Below, one piece after another: positions 51,591-60,762 of a stretch of 64,000 bases of DNA (position 1 is the first letter of the stretch; every line of letters begins with the position of its first letter). Under the pieces are notes generated by a model. That model was not told the origin of the DNA and did no database searches. It worked only from the letters and a program-made list of their open reading frames with translations. The DNA lies in the IMG/VR virus record IMGVR_UViG_3300024262_006558, positions 186,001-250,000 of that record; one strand, written 5' to 3'. The translations under genes and the position numbers were made by a program.

Positions 51591-52163
51591 ATGAAAACTA
51601 TTGAACTATCAAATAATCGAGTATTAAAGATTGAGCAAGATACAGATTTAGAAAGTCCACGTAATTGGGATAACTTAGCTAAAATGATTTTCTTTGGCAA
51701 GTATTCTCATTTAGGAGATAGTCACGAGATTAACAGTAGAGACTATGAAAGTTTTGAAGAAGTTGAAGCTGCAATCAAAAGAAAGTATAATGTAGCTTGC
51801 ATTAAAAAAATATATGGTTATTCGCATGGTGGATTAACAATAGCAACAACGCCTTTCTCTTGCTCTTGGGATAGTGGAGTTTTAGGATTTGCTATTATCA
51901 CAAAAGAAGACCTTAGAGAAAATTACTCTATCAAAAGAGTAACAAAACAATATGTTAAAAAAGGAAATGGGCATATTGAAGGTGAAGTAAAAACATTAGA
52001 TCAATTCATTAGCGGTGACGTTTACGGCTTCACGCTAGAGAAAGAGGGCGAATATGAAGATTCATGTTGGGGGTTCTATGGGGACAACGTATTAGAAAAT
52101 GGTATGCTTGACCACATAACCGAAGAAGTAAGTGAAGAAATTAAAAAAGCCTTAGCGGCTTAA
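51591..52163 (+). CDS. Hypothetical phage protein
   Basis: SPRNWDNL, YSHGG, WDSG, DSCWGFYG. Confidence 0.65.
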   Translation: MKTIELSNNRVLKIEQDTDLESPRNWDNLAKMIFFGKYSHLGDSHEINSRDYESFEEVEAAIKRKYNVACIKKIYGYSHGGLTIATTPFSCSWDSGVLGFAIITKEDLRENYSIKRVTKQYVKKGNGHIEGEVKTLDQFISGDVYGFTLEKEGEYEDSCWGFYGDNVLENGMLDHITEEVSEEIKKALAA

Positions 52164-52371
52164 AAAGAATTGTGTTTGATTCAAGAACTAAGGGGCGAAA
52201 GTCCCTTTTTTCTTTTTCTTGTTTCTCTGAGTTTTTCCGCATTTTCGTATACCTAGGTTTTAAATTCAAGTTTCCATTTTGGCAACAAAAAGCAAAAAAT
52301 TTCGTTATAGTAAAAGTACATAGTTTCCCCACCACCGTATATATTGGTGAATCAAAAAACAAATAGAAGTT

Positions 52372-52920
52372 ATGAAAAATGAAGTTAAAAGAATATCGCA
52401 AGAACAATTTATCGCACTTATCAACGGTAGTTCAGATGTAACAATCAACGGTAACACGTTTATCAACATCGAAACAATGACCGCAGTAAGTGATCTTGTT
52501 AAGCCAAAAAGCAATCCTTTTAACGGTGCAATGAAAATGAACATATCAAATGTTCAAATCTTTCAAAACAAAAACGGTTCATCTTATGAAGCGAAAGTTA
52601 AAAGAGAGATGGCGAAAGAGGGTAAAGATCCAGAGTCTTTCGAGTTACAGCCTAGAACGTGGGGCGAAAGAATCAAAAACACTCCATTAGTAATGCACAA
52701 AGGAGAATTTTACTTGGAAGTTATGTTTAACTCACAAGTGGGAGCAACAAAATTCTTCCACGAAGGAAAAGAAATTTCAGCCGAAACTTTAAAGCCTCAT
52801 AGAAGAATAAAGGTAGAAGGTAAGCAAGGAGGATTAGAAAACAAAGTAATCATTAGAACTTACAAAGTAGCTTCTATTCAATCAATCACTATCGCAAAAC
52901 AAAAGTATGTGATAATGTAA
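52372..52920 (+). CDS. Hypothetical protein
   Basis: Behind repeats B, C and A; terminator follows. Confidence 0.65.
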   Translation: MKNEVKRISQEQFIALINGSSDVTINGNTFINIETMTAVSDLVKPKSNPFNGAMKMNISNVQIFQNKNGSSYEAKVKREMAKEGKDPESFELQPRTWGERIKNTPLVMHKGEFYLEVMFNSQVGATKFFHEGKEISAETLKPHRRIKVEGKQGGLENKVIIRTYKVASIQSITIAKQKYVIM

Positions 52921-53069
52921 AAACAAAAAAGGAACTTTAATTAGTTCCTTTTTTTTGCTTGTTGTTTCTCTGAATTTTTCCGCAACTGCGTAAACCTAGT
53001 CCACTCCATAGGGAGAGGTGCAGATCACCATTAGTACATAATCTCCCCACCACCGTATATATTGTCGAG

Positions 53070-53333
53070 ATGAAAAGAAAACTATTCAAATACAAGTATA
53101 CTCGAAGAACTTTCTCTAAGGATGGAAGTTTTTGCACGGAGGAACATACTAGGGAGAGCGACTTTAGCTTAAAAGCTTTTGAGGGAGAGGTTGCTGACTG
53201 GCATCGACAAGGGCAAATGATGAAGCACAGAGACACTCTAAGCGAGATTCAAGGCTATGACTACTTCATCACTAAGGAGCAGGGAGAGTTTAACGAGAGA
53301 GCCTATAAAGTTAGAGTACTAGTAAGTACATAG
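53070..53333 (+). CDS. Hypothetical protein
   Basis: ATG directly after repeat A; stop lies inside the next copy. Confidence 0.55.
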   Translation: MKRKLFKYKYTRRTFSKDGSFCTEEHTRESDFSLKAFEGEVADWHRQGQMMKHRDTLSEIQGYDYFITKEQGEFNERAYKVRVLVST

Positions 53334-53377
53334 TCTCCCCATGGTCGTATATATTGGTGAATCTAAATAAAGGAATC

Positions 53378-53545
53378 ATGTATCAAAAACAATATGCAGA
53401 TAGAAGATTGGAATCTTTGATTAAAAGTCACATAGGAGCATCTGACTCTTATATAGAAGCGGTTGCTTGGGCTAGTTTTAGCGGAACTCATAGTATTACT
53501 GAAATAGCAAATGAGGTAGCTAGATTAAAAAAATGTCATTCATGA
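53378..53545 (+). CDS. Hypothetical protein
   Basis: Behind repeat A. Confidence 0.5.
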   Translation: MYQKQYADRRLESLIKSHIGASDSYIEAVAWASFSGTHSITEIANEVARLKKCHS

Positions 53546-53868
53546 AAAACATTATAATCATAGGAGCTGTAAGCGTTAGTCAATCAGTCCATATAATGAA
53601 TGTATTGGCTGGTATGGATACGGATATTTCTATTGTCGTAAACGCTAAAGGCGGCATGATGCAAAACTTCATGGATATGGAGAGAGGAACGAGTCTTTCA
53701 TCTCTTAAGTTTGATGTCACAAAAGATTATTGTTTAGAAGATATTCCCGAATTTGAATATGAAAAGATTGGAGACCGTAAACAGTTAACCTCAAAGCAGC
53801 GTAAAAATAGAAAAGCTAAAAGAAGGCAAGTAAAGCAGTCAAGGAATTTTATGCACAAAAGTACATAG
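53533..53868 (+). CDS. Hypothetical protein with basic C-terminus
   Basis: Stop lies inside the next repeat A. Confidence 0.55.
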   Translation: MSFMKNIIIIGAVSVSQSVHIMNVLAGMDTDISIVVNAKGGMMQNFMDMERGTSLSSLKFDVTKDYCLEDIPEFEYEKIGDRKQLTSKQRKNRKAKRRQVKQSRNFMHKST

Positions 53869-53914
53869 TCTCCCCATCACCGTATATATTAGTGAATCGA
53901 AAAACAAGACACAA

Positions 53915-54259
53915 ATGGAAAGTTCAGCATCTTATACGCATTTACCTTTAGCATCATTAGAAAGCTTATTACAAACGGCTTTAAAATCAGAGAATTATAA
54001 GAAGGCTCACCATGTGCAAAAAGCAATGGAGCATAACTTACTACATTCAACTATATCTTTCACTAAGAATGGAGATATGATATTGACTCCCGCATTTGAA
54101 GAGGTTGTTGAGTACTGGTTGAATGGTAAGGTTATTTTAAGAGAAAGCGTTGATGGGTCAAGTGTTGAATCCGTTGGATTAACTAGAGGGTTATTAGCTT
54201 TTGAGAATGAAGTTAGAGAAACTGAAATTAGTATCAACGTAAACATGAGGAGGGTATAA
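53915..54259 (+). CDS. Hypothetical protein with UVR-like motif
   Basis: LQTALKSENYKKAHHVQ. Confidence 0.55.
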   Translation: MESSASYTHLPLASLESLLQTALKSENYKKAHHVQKAMEHNLLHSTISFTKNGDMILTPAFEEVVEYWLNGKVILRESVDGSSVESVGLTRGLLAFENEVRETEISINVNMRRV

Positions 54260-54261
54260 TT

Positions 54262-54729
54262 ATGAATCATTTATCATTAGCAACAGTAGCAGCAATCATA
54301 TCGGATACAATCATAAAAAAGTTGTATAAGCACGTTCAGAAAAACATTGGAGAAGGTTATATCTATACGGTTGACCTTATTGGTCAATGGGCGGTGGAGT
54401 TTGAAACTAAGTATGGAGAGGTAGATTGGGAGGATTTCCAAATGAATCCTACTAAGTACGGATTTGATGAAAGTCATTGTGCATGGGATGATGCGGTTAT
54501 GTCATTCGCTAAAAAGAAATTTAAAGAGTTAAAGGGAGAGGTTGAGAAAGAGGTAAATGAGTTTACCCCTGTTCCCAAAGAAGAAAGAAGCTTAACGCAT
54601 TGTGTATGTCCTAAATGCGACAAGAAACATGAGTACACAAAGTACGCTTTGGCTCAAATGGCTTCGGGCGTTCATTTAAAGAAGGCTTGTGATTGTGGAA
54701 AGAATATTGTAATAGCACCATTTAAGTAG
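54262..54729 (+). CDS. Hypothetical protein with C-terminal zinc ribbon
   Basis: CPKC...CDCG. Confidence 0.6.
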   Translation: MNHLSLATVAAIISDTIIKKLYKHVQKNIGEGYIYTVDLIGQWAVEFETKYGEVDWEDFQMNPTKYGFDESHCAWDDAVMSFAKKKFKELKGEVEKEVNEFTPVPKEERSLTHCVCPKCDKKHEYTKYALAQMASGVHLKKACDCGKNIVIAPFK

Positions 54730-54959
54730 GGAGAGTTATGGAAAGATTAGGCTACTATGCAAAAGATGTTGAAGACAATTTGTTTCAATTCAAATGGGGA
54801 GAGGATGATAAATTCTATATCTTCAAGAATCAAAAGTATCATTTAGATAATCCTAATAACTATGTGATATTAGAGGTAGGTTTCTTTACGGCTGATAATC
54901 CAAGTACATAATATCCCCATCACCGTATATATTGTTGAATCAAAAAACAAACAAACATT

Positions 54960-55355
54960 ATGGAAAAGCATTTAGTAACAATTGAGTTCAGATATTCAAG
55001 TGCTCCCGATAAATTCGATTCTACTAGTCAAGACAAAGTAGTGACAATAGGGGTTTATGACGATTTTGATGAAGCTTGTAAAGAGGGAAACAAAGCCCTT
55101 GAATTACTTGAGAGTAAATTTGACATTCATACTTTCCCTCAAGGAAATAAGGCTAAAAAAGAAAGATTTAGTAAAAATGGCGGTTGCTTTGGAAGTAAGA
55201 ACACCTTAGTTTCAAACTTGGCTTATTTGAAAACACCATTTCAGTTTTTTGCAAAGATAGAAACATTAAAGCTTGATTCGTTAGAGGATGCAGTTAATGA
55301 AGTAGTTGATTCTGTAAAAGGATATAGAAAATATAAAGCCTCAATTGAGGATTAG
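54960..55355 (+). CDS. Hypothetical protein
   Basis: Behind repeat A. Confidence 0.6.
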   Translation: MEKHLVTIEFRYSSAPDKFDSTSQDKVVTIGVYDDFDEACKEGNKALELLESKFDIHTFPQGNKAKKERFSKNGGCFGSKNTLVSNLAYLKTPFQFFAKIETLKLDSLEDAVNEVVDSVKGYRKYKASIED

Positions 55356-55407
55356 TACATAGTTTCCCCATCACCGTATATATTTTTGAATAGAAACAAA
55401 AGCAATC

Positions 55408-55599
55408 ATGAAAAAGCAATTTAGAAAAACTTGGAGACACGAAGTAATTATTGAAGCTGAAACAAAAGAAGAAGCACAACAGATGTGGGAAAGTATTTCA
55501 CTTGGTAAACTTGACAAAGAAGTAGCTGATGGAGAAATATATTCACACGAATTTGTGGAGAACGTTTCTTTTGAAGATGAAAACTACGATGATGTATAA
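55408..55599 (+). CDS. Hypothetical protein
   Basis: Behind repeat A; followed by the first attC-like site. Confidence 0.6.
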   Translation: MKKQFRKTWRHEVIIEAETKEEAQQMWESISLGKLDKEVADGEIYSHEFVENVSFEDENYDDV

Positions 55600-55710
55600 T
55601 GGCATACAACGGCTTGGATATGCACCGTAAAGCGTAGCACAATGTTTAATCTTAACACTTCACTATCACGCTTAATGGTGTATAGGTTGTGTTAGCAAAT
55701 CGTTTTAATT

Positions 55711-55956
55711 ATGGAATTTAGGGAAGAAACAATACAAGAATTTAACTCATACAGAGATACAACATTAACAGAAGATATGACTTTTGCAGACGCAGTTGAA
55801 AATATTGAAAATGCAAATAATAGTTATTTTTATATTTCACTTAGTCAAAATGATGTTATTGAAGCTATTAATGATGAAAAAGAAATAGCAGAGCAGTTTG
55901 ATTTAGATTTAGTTTACTTGTTACCTCAAGGAATAGCTATTGCATTACAGGTGTAA
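55711..55956 (+). CDS. Cassette-borne acidic hypothetical protein
   Basis: Between GTTAGCAAA and TTTGCTAAC. Confidence 0.6.
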   Translation: MEFREETIQEFNSYRDTTLTEDMTFADAVENIENANNSYFYISLSQNDVIEAINDEKEIAEQFDLDLVYLLPQGIAIALQV

Positions 55957-56047
55957 TGTTTGCTAACGTTTAGTGTATGGTGTCGTTTGAGGCACGAAAA
56001 TGCACTATACATATTGTTGTGTGTAGTGCGGAATTTAAAAACTAAAC

Positions 56048-56236
56048 TTGATTAAAATGAAATACAAAAGTAAAACCACAAATAATATTGTAACCGTTAT
56101 TGAAAAAATAGGTGCTGGAATGTGTAGTAAAACATTAGGTATGACTTTAGTTATATTTAAGTTTGAAGACGATTTAGACTTTCATAGAGTAATGGAACAT
56201 AGAGAGTTCTATGCTAAATACGAAGAGGTAGAGTAG
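56048..56236 (+). CDS. Cassette-borne hypothetical protein
   Basis: Between GTTGTGTGTAGTGC and GCATTACACACAAC. Confidence 0.55.
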   Translation: MIKMKYKSKTTNNIVTVIEKIGAGMCSKTLGMTLVIFKFEDDLDFHRVMEHREFYAKYEEVE

Positions 56237-56336
56237 CATTACACACAACGTTTTGGCTATGTGCTGAACGTAGAGCAACGGAGTTTTGCATATAGGTAGT
56301 GTTATATGCTTTTATTAACAATTAAAATTAAACAAG

Positions 56337-56915
56337 ATGAAAATATTATTTCAAAGAGAAAGTGAAAACCTTAACTGTATTGTTTCTTGTAAAGACAATT
56401 CAAGAATAGAGACACCAAATGAGAGTAAGAGTTTATTGAATGAGAATGATTTATATGAAATTGCAAAATGGGGATTAGAAGGTGAATATTCATCGAGTGG
56501 GTGTTGGGATGATACTGATAATCTTGAAGATGCTATAAAATGTGCTGTTGAAGATTTTAAACTGTTTTTATCAAAACCATATCCGATTGAATTGGGTAAC
56601 ATACCAAATAATCCAATAATATATAGATTAGTTAGATTAAAAAACATAAATGACCTAAGAAAAAACGAATTAGGTAATAGTTGGTTTTCAAATCCAAACC
56701 AAATCCACGAAGAAGGGTTTTTTCAGATGTTAGATTATTTAAAACCGTTTAAAAATAAAGATGGTCAAGTTTATATAATCAAAGGACAGATAAATAAAGA
56801 CAATATTGATATGAAAAGAACTTTATGGGAACGAAGCACACAGTGGTGGGAAAACGAAATAGTGGTAATTGATGATTCCAACATAAAAATAATTTCAATC
56901 GAAGCACTATCTTAG
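56337..56915 (+). CDS. Cassette-borne hypothetical protein
   Basis: 192 aa between attC-like sites with non-matching ends. Confidence 0.6.
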   Translation: MKILFQRESENLNCIVSCKDNSRIETPNESKSLLNENDLYEIAKWGLEGEYSSSGCWDDTDNLEDAIKCAVEDFKLFLSKPYPIELGNIPNNPIIYRLVRLKNINDLRKNELGNSWFSNPNQIHEEGFFQMLDYLKPFKNKDGQVYIIKGQINKDNIDMKRTLWERSTQWWENEIVVIDDSNIKIISIEALS

Positions 56916-57061
56916 TATTGGTGCTAACGTTTAGTATAAGATTAGTTGCGATTAATAGCACTCACCTACGCAAACTACAACAGTTGATTAAAAGTAAAAT
57001 GATTAAATAACCAAACAACGTAGCAATTAATTTTATACGTTGTTATAAATCTGTAAAAATT

Positions 57062-57244
57062 ATGGAATGGATAGTAGTACCAAAGATTGGATTTAAACAT
57101 AAAATTGGTAACATGATATGTGGATTATTAAAAGTGATTGATGGATTGATTATGGTAATTTCATTCGGAAATTTAGCAACCAATTTTTGTTTAAATTTTA
57201 CAATAGTTAGAAAAAGGCACAACTTTATGTTAGACAATAAATAA
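57062..57244 (+). CDS. Cassette-borne hypothetical protein
   Basis: Between GTTATAAA and TTTATAAC. Confidence 0.55.
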   Translation: MEWIVVPKIGFKHKIGNMICGLLKVIDGLIMVISFGNLATNFCLNFTIVRKRHNFMLDNK

Positions 57245-57441
57245 TTTTTATTGTTTATAACACGAAAATAAAGATAAGCGTTAAGCGACCCGAAGGGTTA
57301 TCTTTTATTTTCTGTTATGATCTGATAGTCCAAGTACATAGTCTCCCCATCACCGTATATATTGGTGATGGGGAAACAGAAAAATGGTAATGGGTTATAC
57401 ATTGTGTTATAGCCTTTTAATTAACAATTAAATAAACAAAA

Positions 57442-57639
57442 ATGAAAGATTTAGATTTAACAAAAGACCAACACTTAATGAGTATTAGAGTTGATGGGGA
57501 ATGTATAGGACACGTTGAAATAGAGGATGGTAAAATAATTACAAATGGCACAGTAGGAGAAAACACTTACGAGAATTTTGTAGACTTAATATACGGACTA
57601 CAAGGGTTTGGGATAAGTGTAGATGACTTCTTCTTTTAA
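57442..57639 (+). CDS. Cassette-borne hypothetical protein
   Basis: Between GTTATAGCC and GGCTATAAC. Confidence 0.6.
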   Translation: MKDLDLTKDQHLMSIRVDGECIGHVEIEDGKIITNGTVGENTYENFVDLIYGLQGFGISVDDFFF

Positions 57640-57764
57640 TTGGCTATAACGGTTAGTATATGAGCCTGTACTTGTATGGCTTATATACATTGTTGTATGC
57701 TGGTGCGGTTTTGAAGCACTAATTTTCAAATAATAACTAAAGTAATAATTAAATATTTTGAGCG

Positions 57765-58130
57765 ATGGAAAAACAAAAAAATCAAACAAGTGCAATAAAT
57801 GCACAAGTTGGTGTAAAAAATGCACATACTGAACTAATCGGAAATTCCGAACAGTTGAACTTTACAAAAGGCGAATGGAAAGCCGAAAGAAAATCAGAAA
57901 ACCAAACTTGCCACTTAGTAAAAACAGGCGCTAAATACACTATTCACGTGTACGACTCTAAATATGGGATAGAAGAGTCTGAAAGTTGGCAAAATGCTAA
58001 ATTAATAGCAAAAGCACCTAATTTGCTGGAAATGCTAAAAAAAGTAACTGATGAATTAGAATTTTACGCAGGGAATGAAATTATAAAACACCCACTTATA
58101 AATGAATCAAGAAATTTAATGAAATTATGA
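57765..58130 (+). CDS. Cassette-borne hypothetical phage protein
   Basis: FTKGEW...NAKLIAKAPNLLEML; between GTTGTATGC and GCATACAAC. Confidence 0.6.
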   Translation: MEKQKNQTSAINAQVGVKNAHTELIGNSEQLNFTKGEWKAERKSENQTCHLVKTGAKYTIHVYDSKYGIEESESWQNAKLIAKAPNLLEMLKKVTDELEFYAGNEIIKHPLINESRNLMKL

Positions 58131-58805
58131 AAAACTTTATAACAAAAGCAAATGAGTTGAAAGTTAGTTATTCAACACTATACAAACTAATTTTAGGAAA
58201 AGAAATTGAGTGTATATTAGTTTGTGGTAGGTATTATTTTAATTAAGAGCGAGGGCAAAAATATTTAATTATGGTATTAGAAGCACTAAACTTGAATATT
58301 AGCACTAATGTAGCACTTGCATACAACACGAAAATAAAGATAAGCGTTAAGCGACCCGAAGGGTTATCTTTTATTTTCTGTTATGATCTGATAGTCCAAG
58401 TACATAGTCTCCCCATCACCGTATATATTGGTGATGGGGAAACAGAAAAATGGTAAAGCGTTATATGGATTGTATCTATATAACTAACGTGGGGAAATAA
58501 ATAGACGACTGATTTGAGTACTTGAAAAAGTTTAAAAGATTCCTAAGATGTTGGAATATCATAAAAAACTCTGTTAACTGTTGGGCAGTCGAGCCAATTG
58601 CGTCTATAACGTAGTATTGTTGAATACAATCTGTCCCAATTACCTAGGAAGTCTGATTAATTTCAGGCTTTCTTTTTTTATATTTGTTTCTCTGACTTTT
58701 TCCGCAACTGCGTAAACCGATCGATTATATTCCCTGGAGGAACCAATCAACAAAGTACATAATATCCCCATCACCGTATATATTGGTGAATCTAAACTTA
58801 AAGAC

Positions 58806-59228
58806 ATGAAAGACTTATTTGAACATTACGAAGAAATGCCTAGCCACCTTACCGCTATTTGCGATAAGTGGACAGAGAAGCATTTGGATGAAGGTTTAAG
58901 TTACATTGACTGTGCAGACTTCCTAAAAGAATTGGAAGCGATTGGATATACTTTCGAGTATGGTTTGGATGCAGAGCCGTATGGATTAGTTGAAATTTCT
59001 AAAAAGAAAGTATTTGTTTACTTGGCAAAACTTGGAGTTGTGGTAAGTACAGATGAAAATGGAGAAACGGAGGTTCAAAGAATTGACAGTCCCGAAGAGT
59101 TTAGAGATGACAACGAATTGTTTTTGGATTTCACTCCTCCATTATTGGAGAGCGACCAAGAAGCAAAAGACATTTATAATAGCATCACGCATTCAATGTG
59201 GATTCATTTAACTGGAGACAAAACGTAA
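58806..59228 (+). CDS. Hypothetical protein
   Basis: Behind repeat A. Confidence 0.6.
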   Translation: MKDLFEHYEEMPSHLTAICDKWTEKHLDEGLSYIDCADFLKELEAIGYTFEYGLDAEPYGLVEISKKKVFVYLAKLGVVVSTDENGETEVQRIDSPEEFRDDNELFLDFTPPLLESDQEAKDIYNSITHSMWIHLTGDKT

Positions 59229-59283
59229 AAGTACATAATATCCCCGCCACCGTATATATTGGTGAATCTAAACAAAGGAAATT

Positions 59284-59781
59284 ATGAAAACTATAAAAGT
59301 AAGACACTACAACGGAACGGAATTACAAGTTAGTCTTGGAGATGTTATAATAGGCGAAGGTACTATGGGAACATCAAAAGGTAGAGATGTAACTGGGGTA
59401 GTTCACAAAATAGAAGTAGGTAACATCACGTTGAAAAGAGGTAACACTTTACACTTGGTAGACCACACGACTTTAAAAGTTGCTCAAATGAGAGAAAACA
59501 ACTTTGAAGTGTATACTAAGAATCCGAAAACGGGTGAAGAAGGTTGGGAAATTGAAATGGTATCGGTAATAGCATATAGTACATATCACGCTAGGCAGAT
59601 ATTGAAGAAGTGGAATTTGTTTGACGAAGTTATCTTGTTTAATTTCTCTGCTCCACTCGCAGAATCTAACGAAGCAGGATTGTACACTTTAAATGAAACG
59701 ATGAAAGCAGTAGAAGGTACAATTCTTGAAACGGATTACCACAACAAATATTATAAACCATTAGCACACATTAAAGCATAA
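59284..59781 (+). CDS. Hypothetical protein
   Basis: Behind repeat A. Confidence 0.6.
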   Translation: MKTIKVRHYNGTELQVSLGDVIIGEGTMGTSKGRDVTGVVHKIEVGNITLKRGNTLHLVDHTTLKVAQMRENNFEVYTKNPKTGEEGWEIEMVSVIAYSTYHARQILKKWNLFDEVILFNFSAPLAESNEAGLYTLNETMKAVEGTILETDYHNKYYKPLAHIKA

Positions 59782-59955
59782 GTGTTTGATTCAGAAATTT
59801 AGAGGGCGAGAGTCCTCTATTTTTCGTTATTGATTTCTCTGAGTTTTTCCGCAGCTGCGTAAACCATACGATCGGAATCCCTGGAGGATCCGATCATGCA
59901 ACAAAGTACATAGTTTCCCCGTTAGTGTATATATTACTGAATCAAAAGAATTATA

Positions 59956-60762
59956 ATGAATATCCCAAAAGAACAATTAAAGCGAATAGTGGACTTACTT
60001 AATAGCGATGTCTTTGCGGTAACGTTTAGACTGGAAACGGGTAATAAGTTAGAAACGGCAGAACAAGCCGTTGACGCGCTCTTTGATGGGGTAGTCACTT
60101 TAGAGGATATGTTCTTTTGTAGATTGGACGAGTCATTTAGACACGCAACCCAAGAGGTAAATGATACATGGGAGGATAATATGGAAATGTTTGCTCCAGA
60201 AAACTATCTTCCAAGTGAAAAAACATTACCCGAAGGTGGAGCGTGGATAAAGGTTAGGCATGAAACTGGATACCAATTACATTTTGCAAAGGTTTCAAAT
60301 AGAAAAAGAAGATTTGCCGAAGAGATAAAGAAAGTTTCTCAAACTCTCAATAAAGAGATGGAAAAAGTAAGAGAGTTCAATTGTTCTATGGACAAAGCTG
60401 AAGCTCTCCACAAAAAGATGGACATTCTTTTTGTTTATCATGAGATTGATATTCCTTTATATGAAGTTAGATATCAGAGAACTAAAACAAAAGTCGAATA
60501 TTTAAACCCATTTCAATATGAGATTTGCAGCGATGAAGATTTGCAAATGATATTGGATGCGGTTAGAAAGAAAACCTTTGGCGTTAAGATGAGAAATCTT
60601 TACACGTCAGTAAACAAGGACCAAATCTTTTATTTGAGAAGCAGAGGTATAAGCGAGCAAGAAGCGATGATTATGGCTAACTTGAAACAATGTTACTTTG
60701 ATGTTGATATTATGGGCATGAACGAGGTTTTTAATGAGTCATTCAGACTTGTAAAAGCATAA
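59956..60762 (+). CDS. Hypothetical protein with SufB/SufD C-terminal-like motif
   Basis: VNKDQIFYLRSRGISEQEAM. Confidence 0.6.
   Translation: MNIPKEQLKRIVDLLNSDVFAVTFRLETGNKLETAEQAVDALFDGVVTLEDMFFCRLDESFRHATQEVNDTWEDNMEMFAPENYLPSEKTLPEGGAWIKVRHETGYQLHFAKVSNRKRRFAEEIKKVSQTLNKEMEKVREFNCSMDKAEALHKKMDILFVYHEIDIPLYEVRYQRTKTKVEYLNPFQYEICSDEDLQMILDAVRKKTFGVKMRNLYTSVNKDQIFYLRSRGISEQEAMIMANLKQCYFDVDIMGMNEVFNESFRLVKA

Larger units (their letters stand above)
55601..58388 (+). mobile_element. Integron-like cassette array 1 (attC-like sites)
   Basis: AAC...GTT-bounded imperfect hairpins at 55601-55699, 55959-56029, 56236-56309, 56920-57050, 57253-57322, 57642-57706, 58313-58388; half-site at 57406; cassette ends are self-complementary. 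Confidence 0.7.
57259..58456 (+). repeat. 132-bp direct repeat (57259-57390 and 58325-58456)
   Basis: Identical AACACGAAAATAAAGATAAGC...GAAACAGAAAAATGGTAA; contains an attC-like hairpin plus repeat A. Confidence 0.85.
45344..59865 (+). promoter_or_regulatory. Repeat B: 10 copies of TCTCT-N6-TTCCGCA-N4-CGTAWACC
   Basis: Starts at 45344, 46150, 47410, 48463, 49388, 51088, 52224, 52967, 58689, 59836; each 30-65 nt upstream of a repeat A copy. Confidence 0.8.

Noticed and set aside
52172-52366. ORFs spanning repeat elements (52172, 52141, 52937, 49210, 48399, 58271, 50535)
   Set aside because: They translate terminators and repeats A/B or lie antisense to better genes; recurring VYIGES or IYTVMG peptides are artefacts of the repeat.
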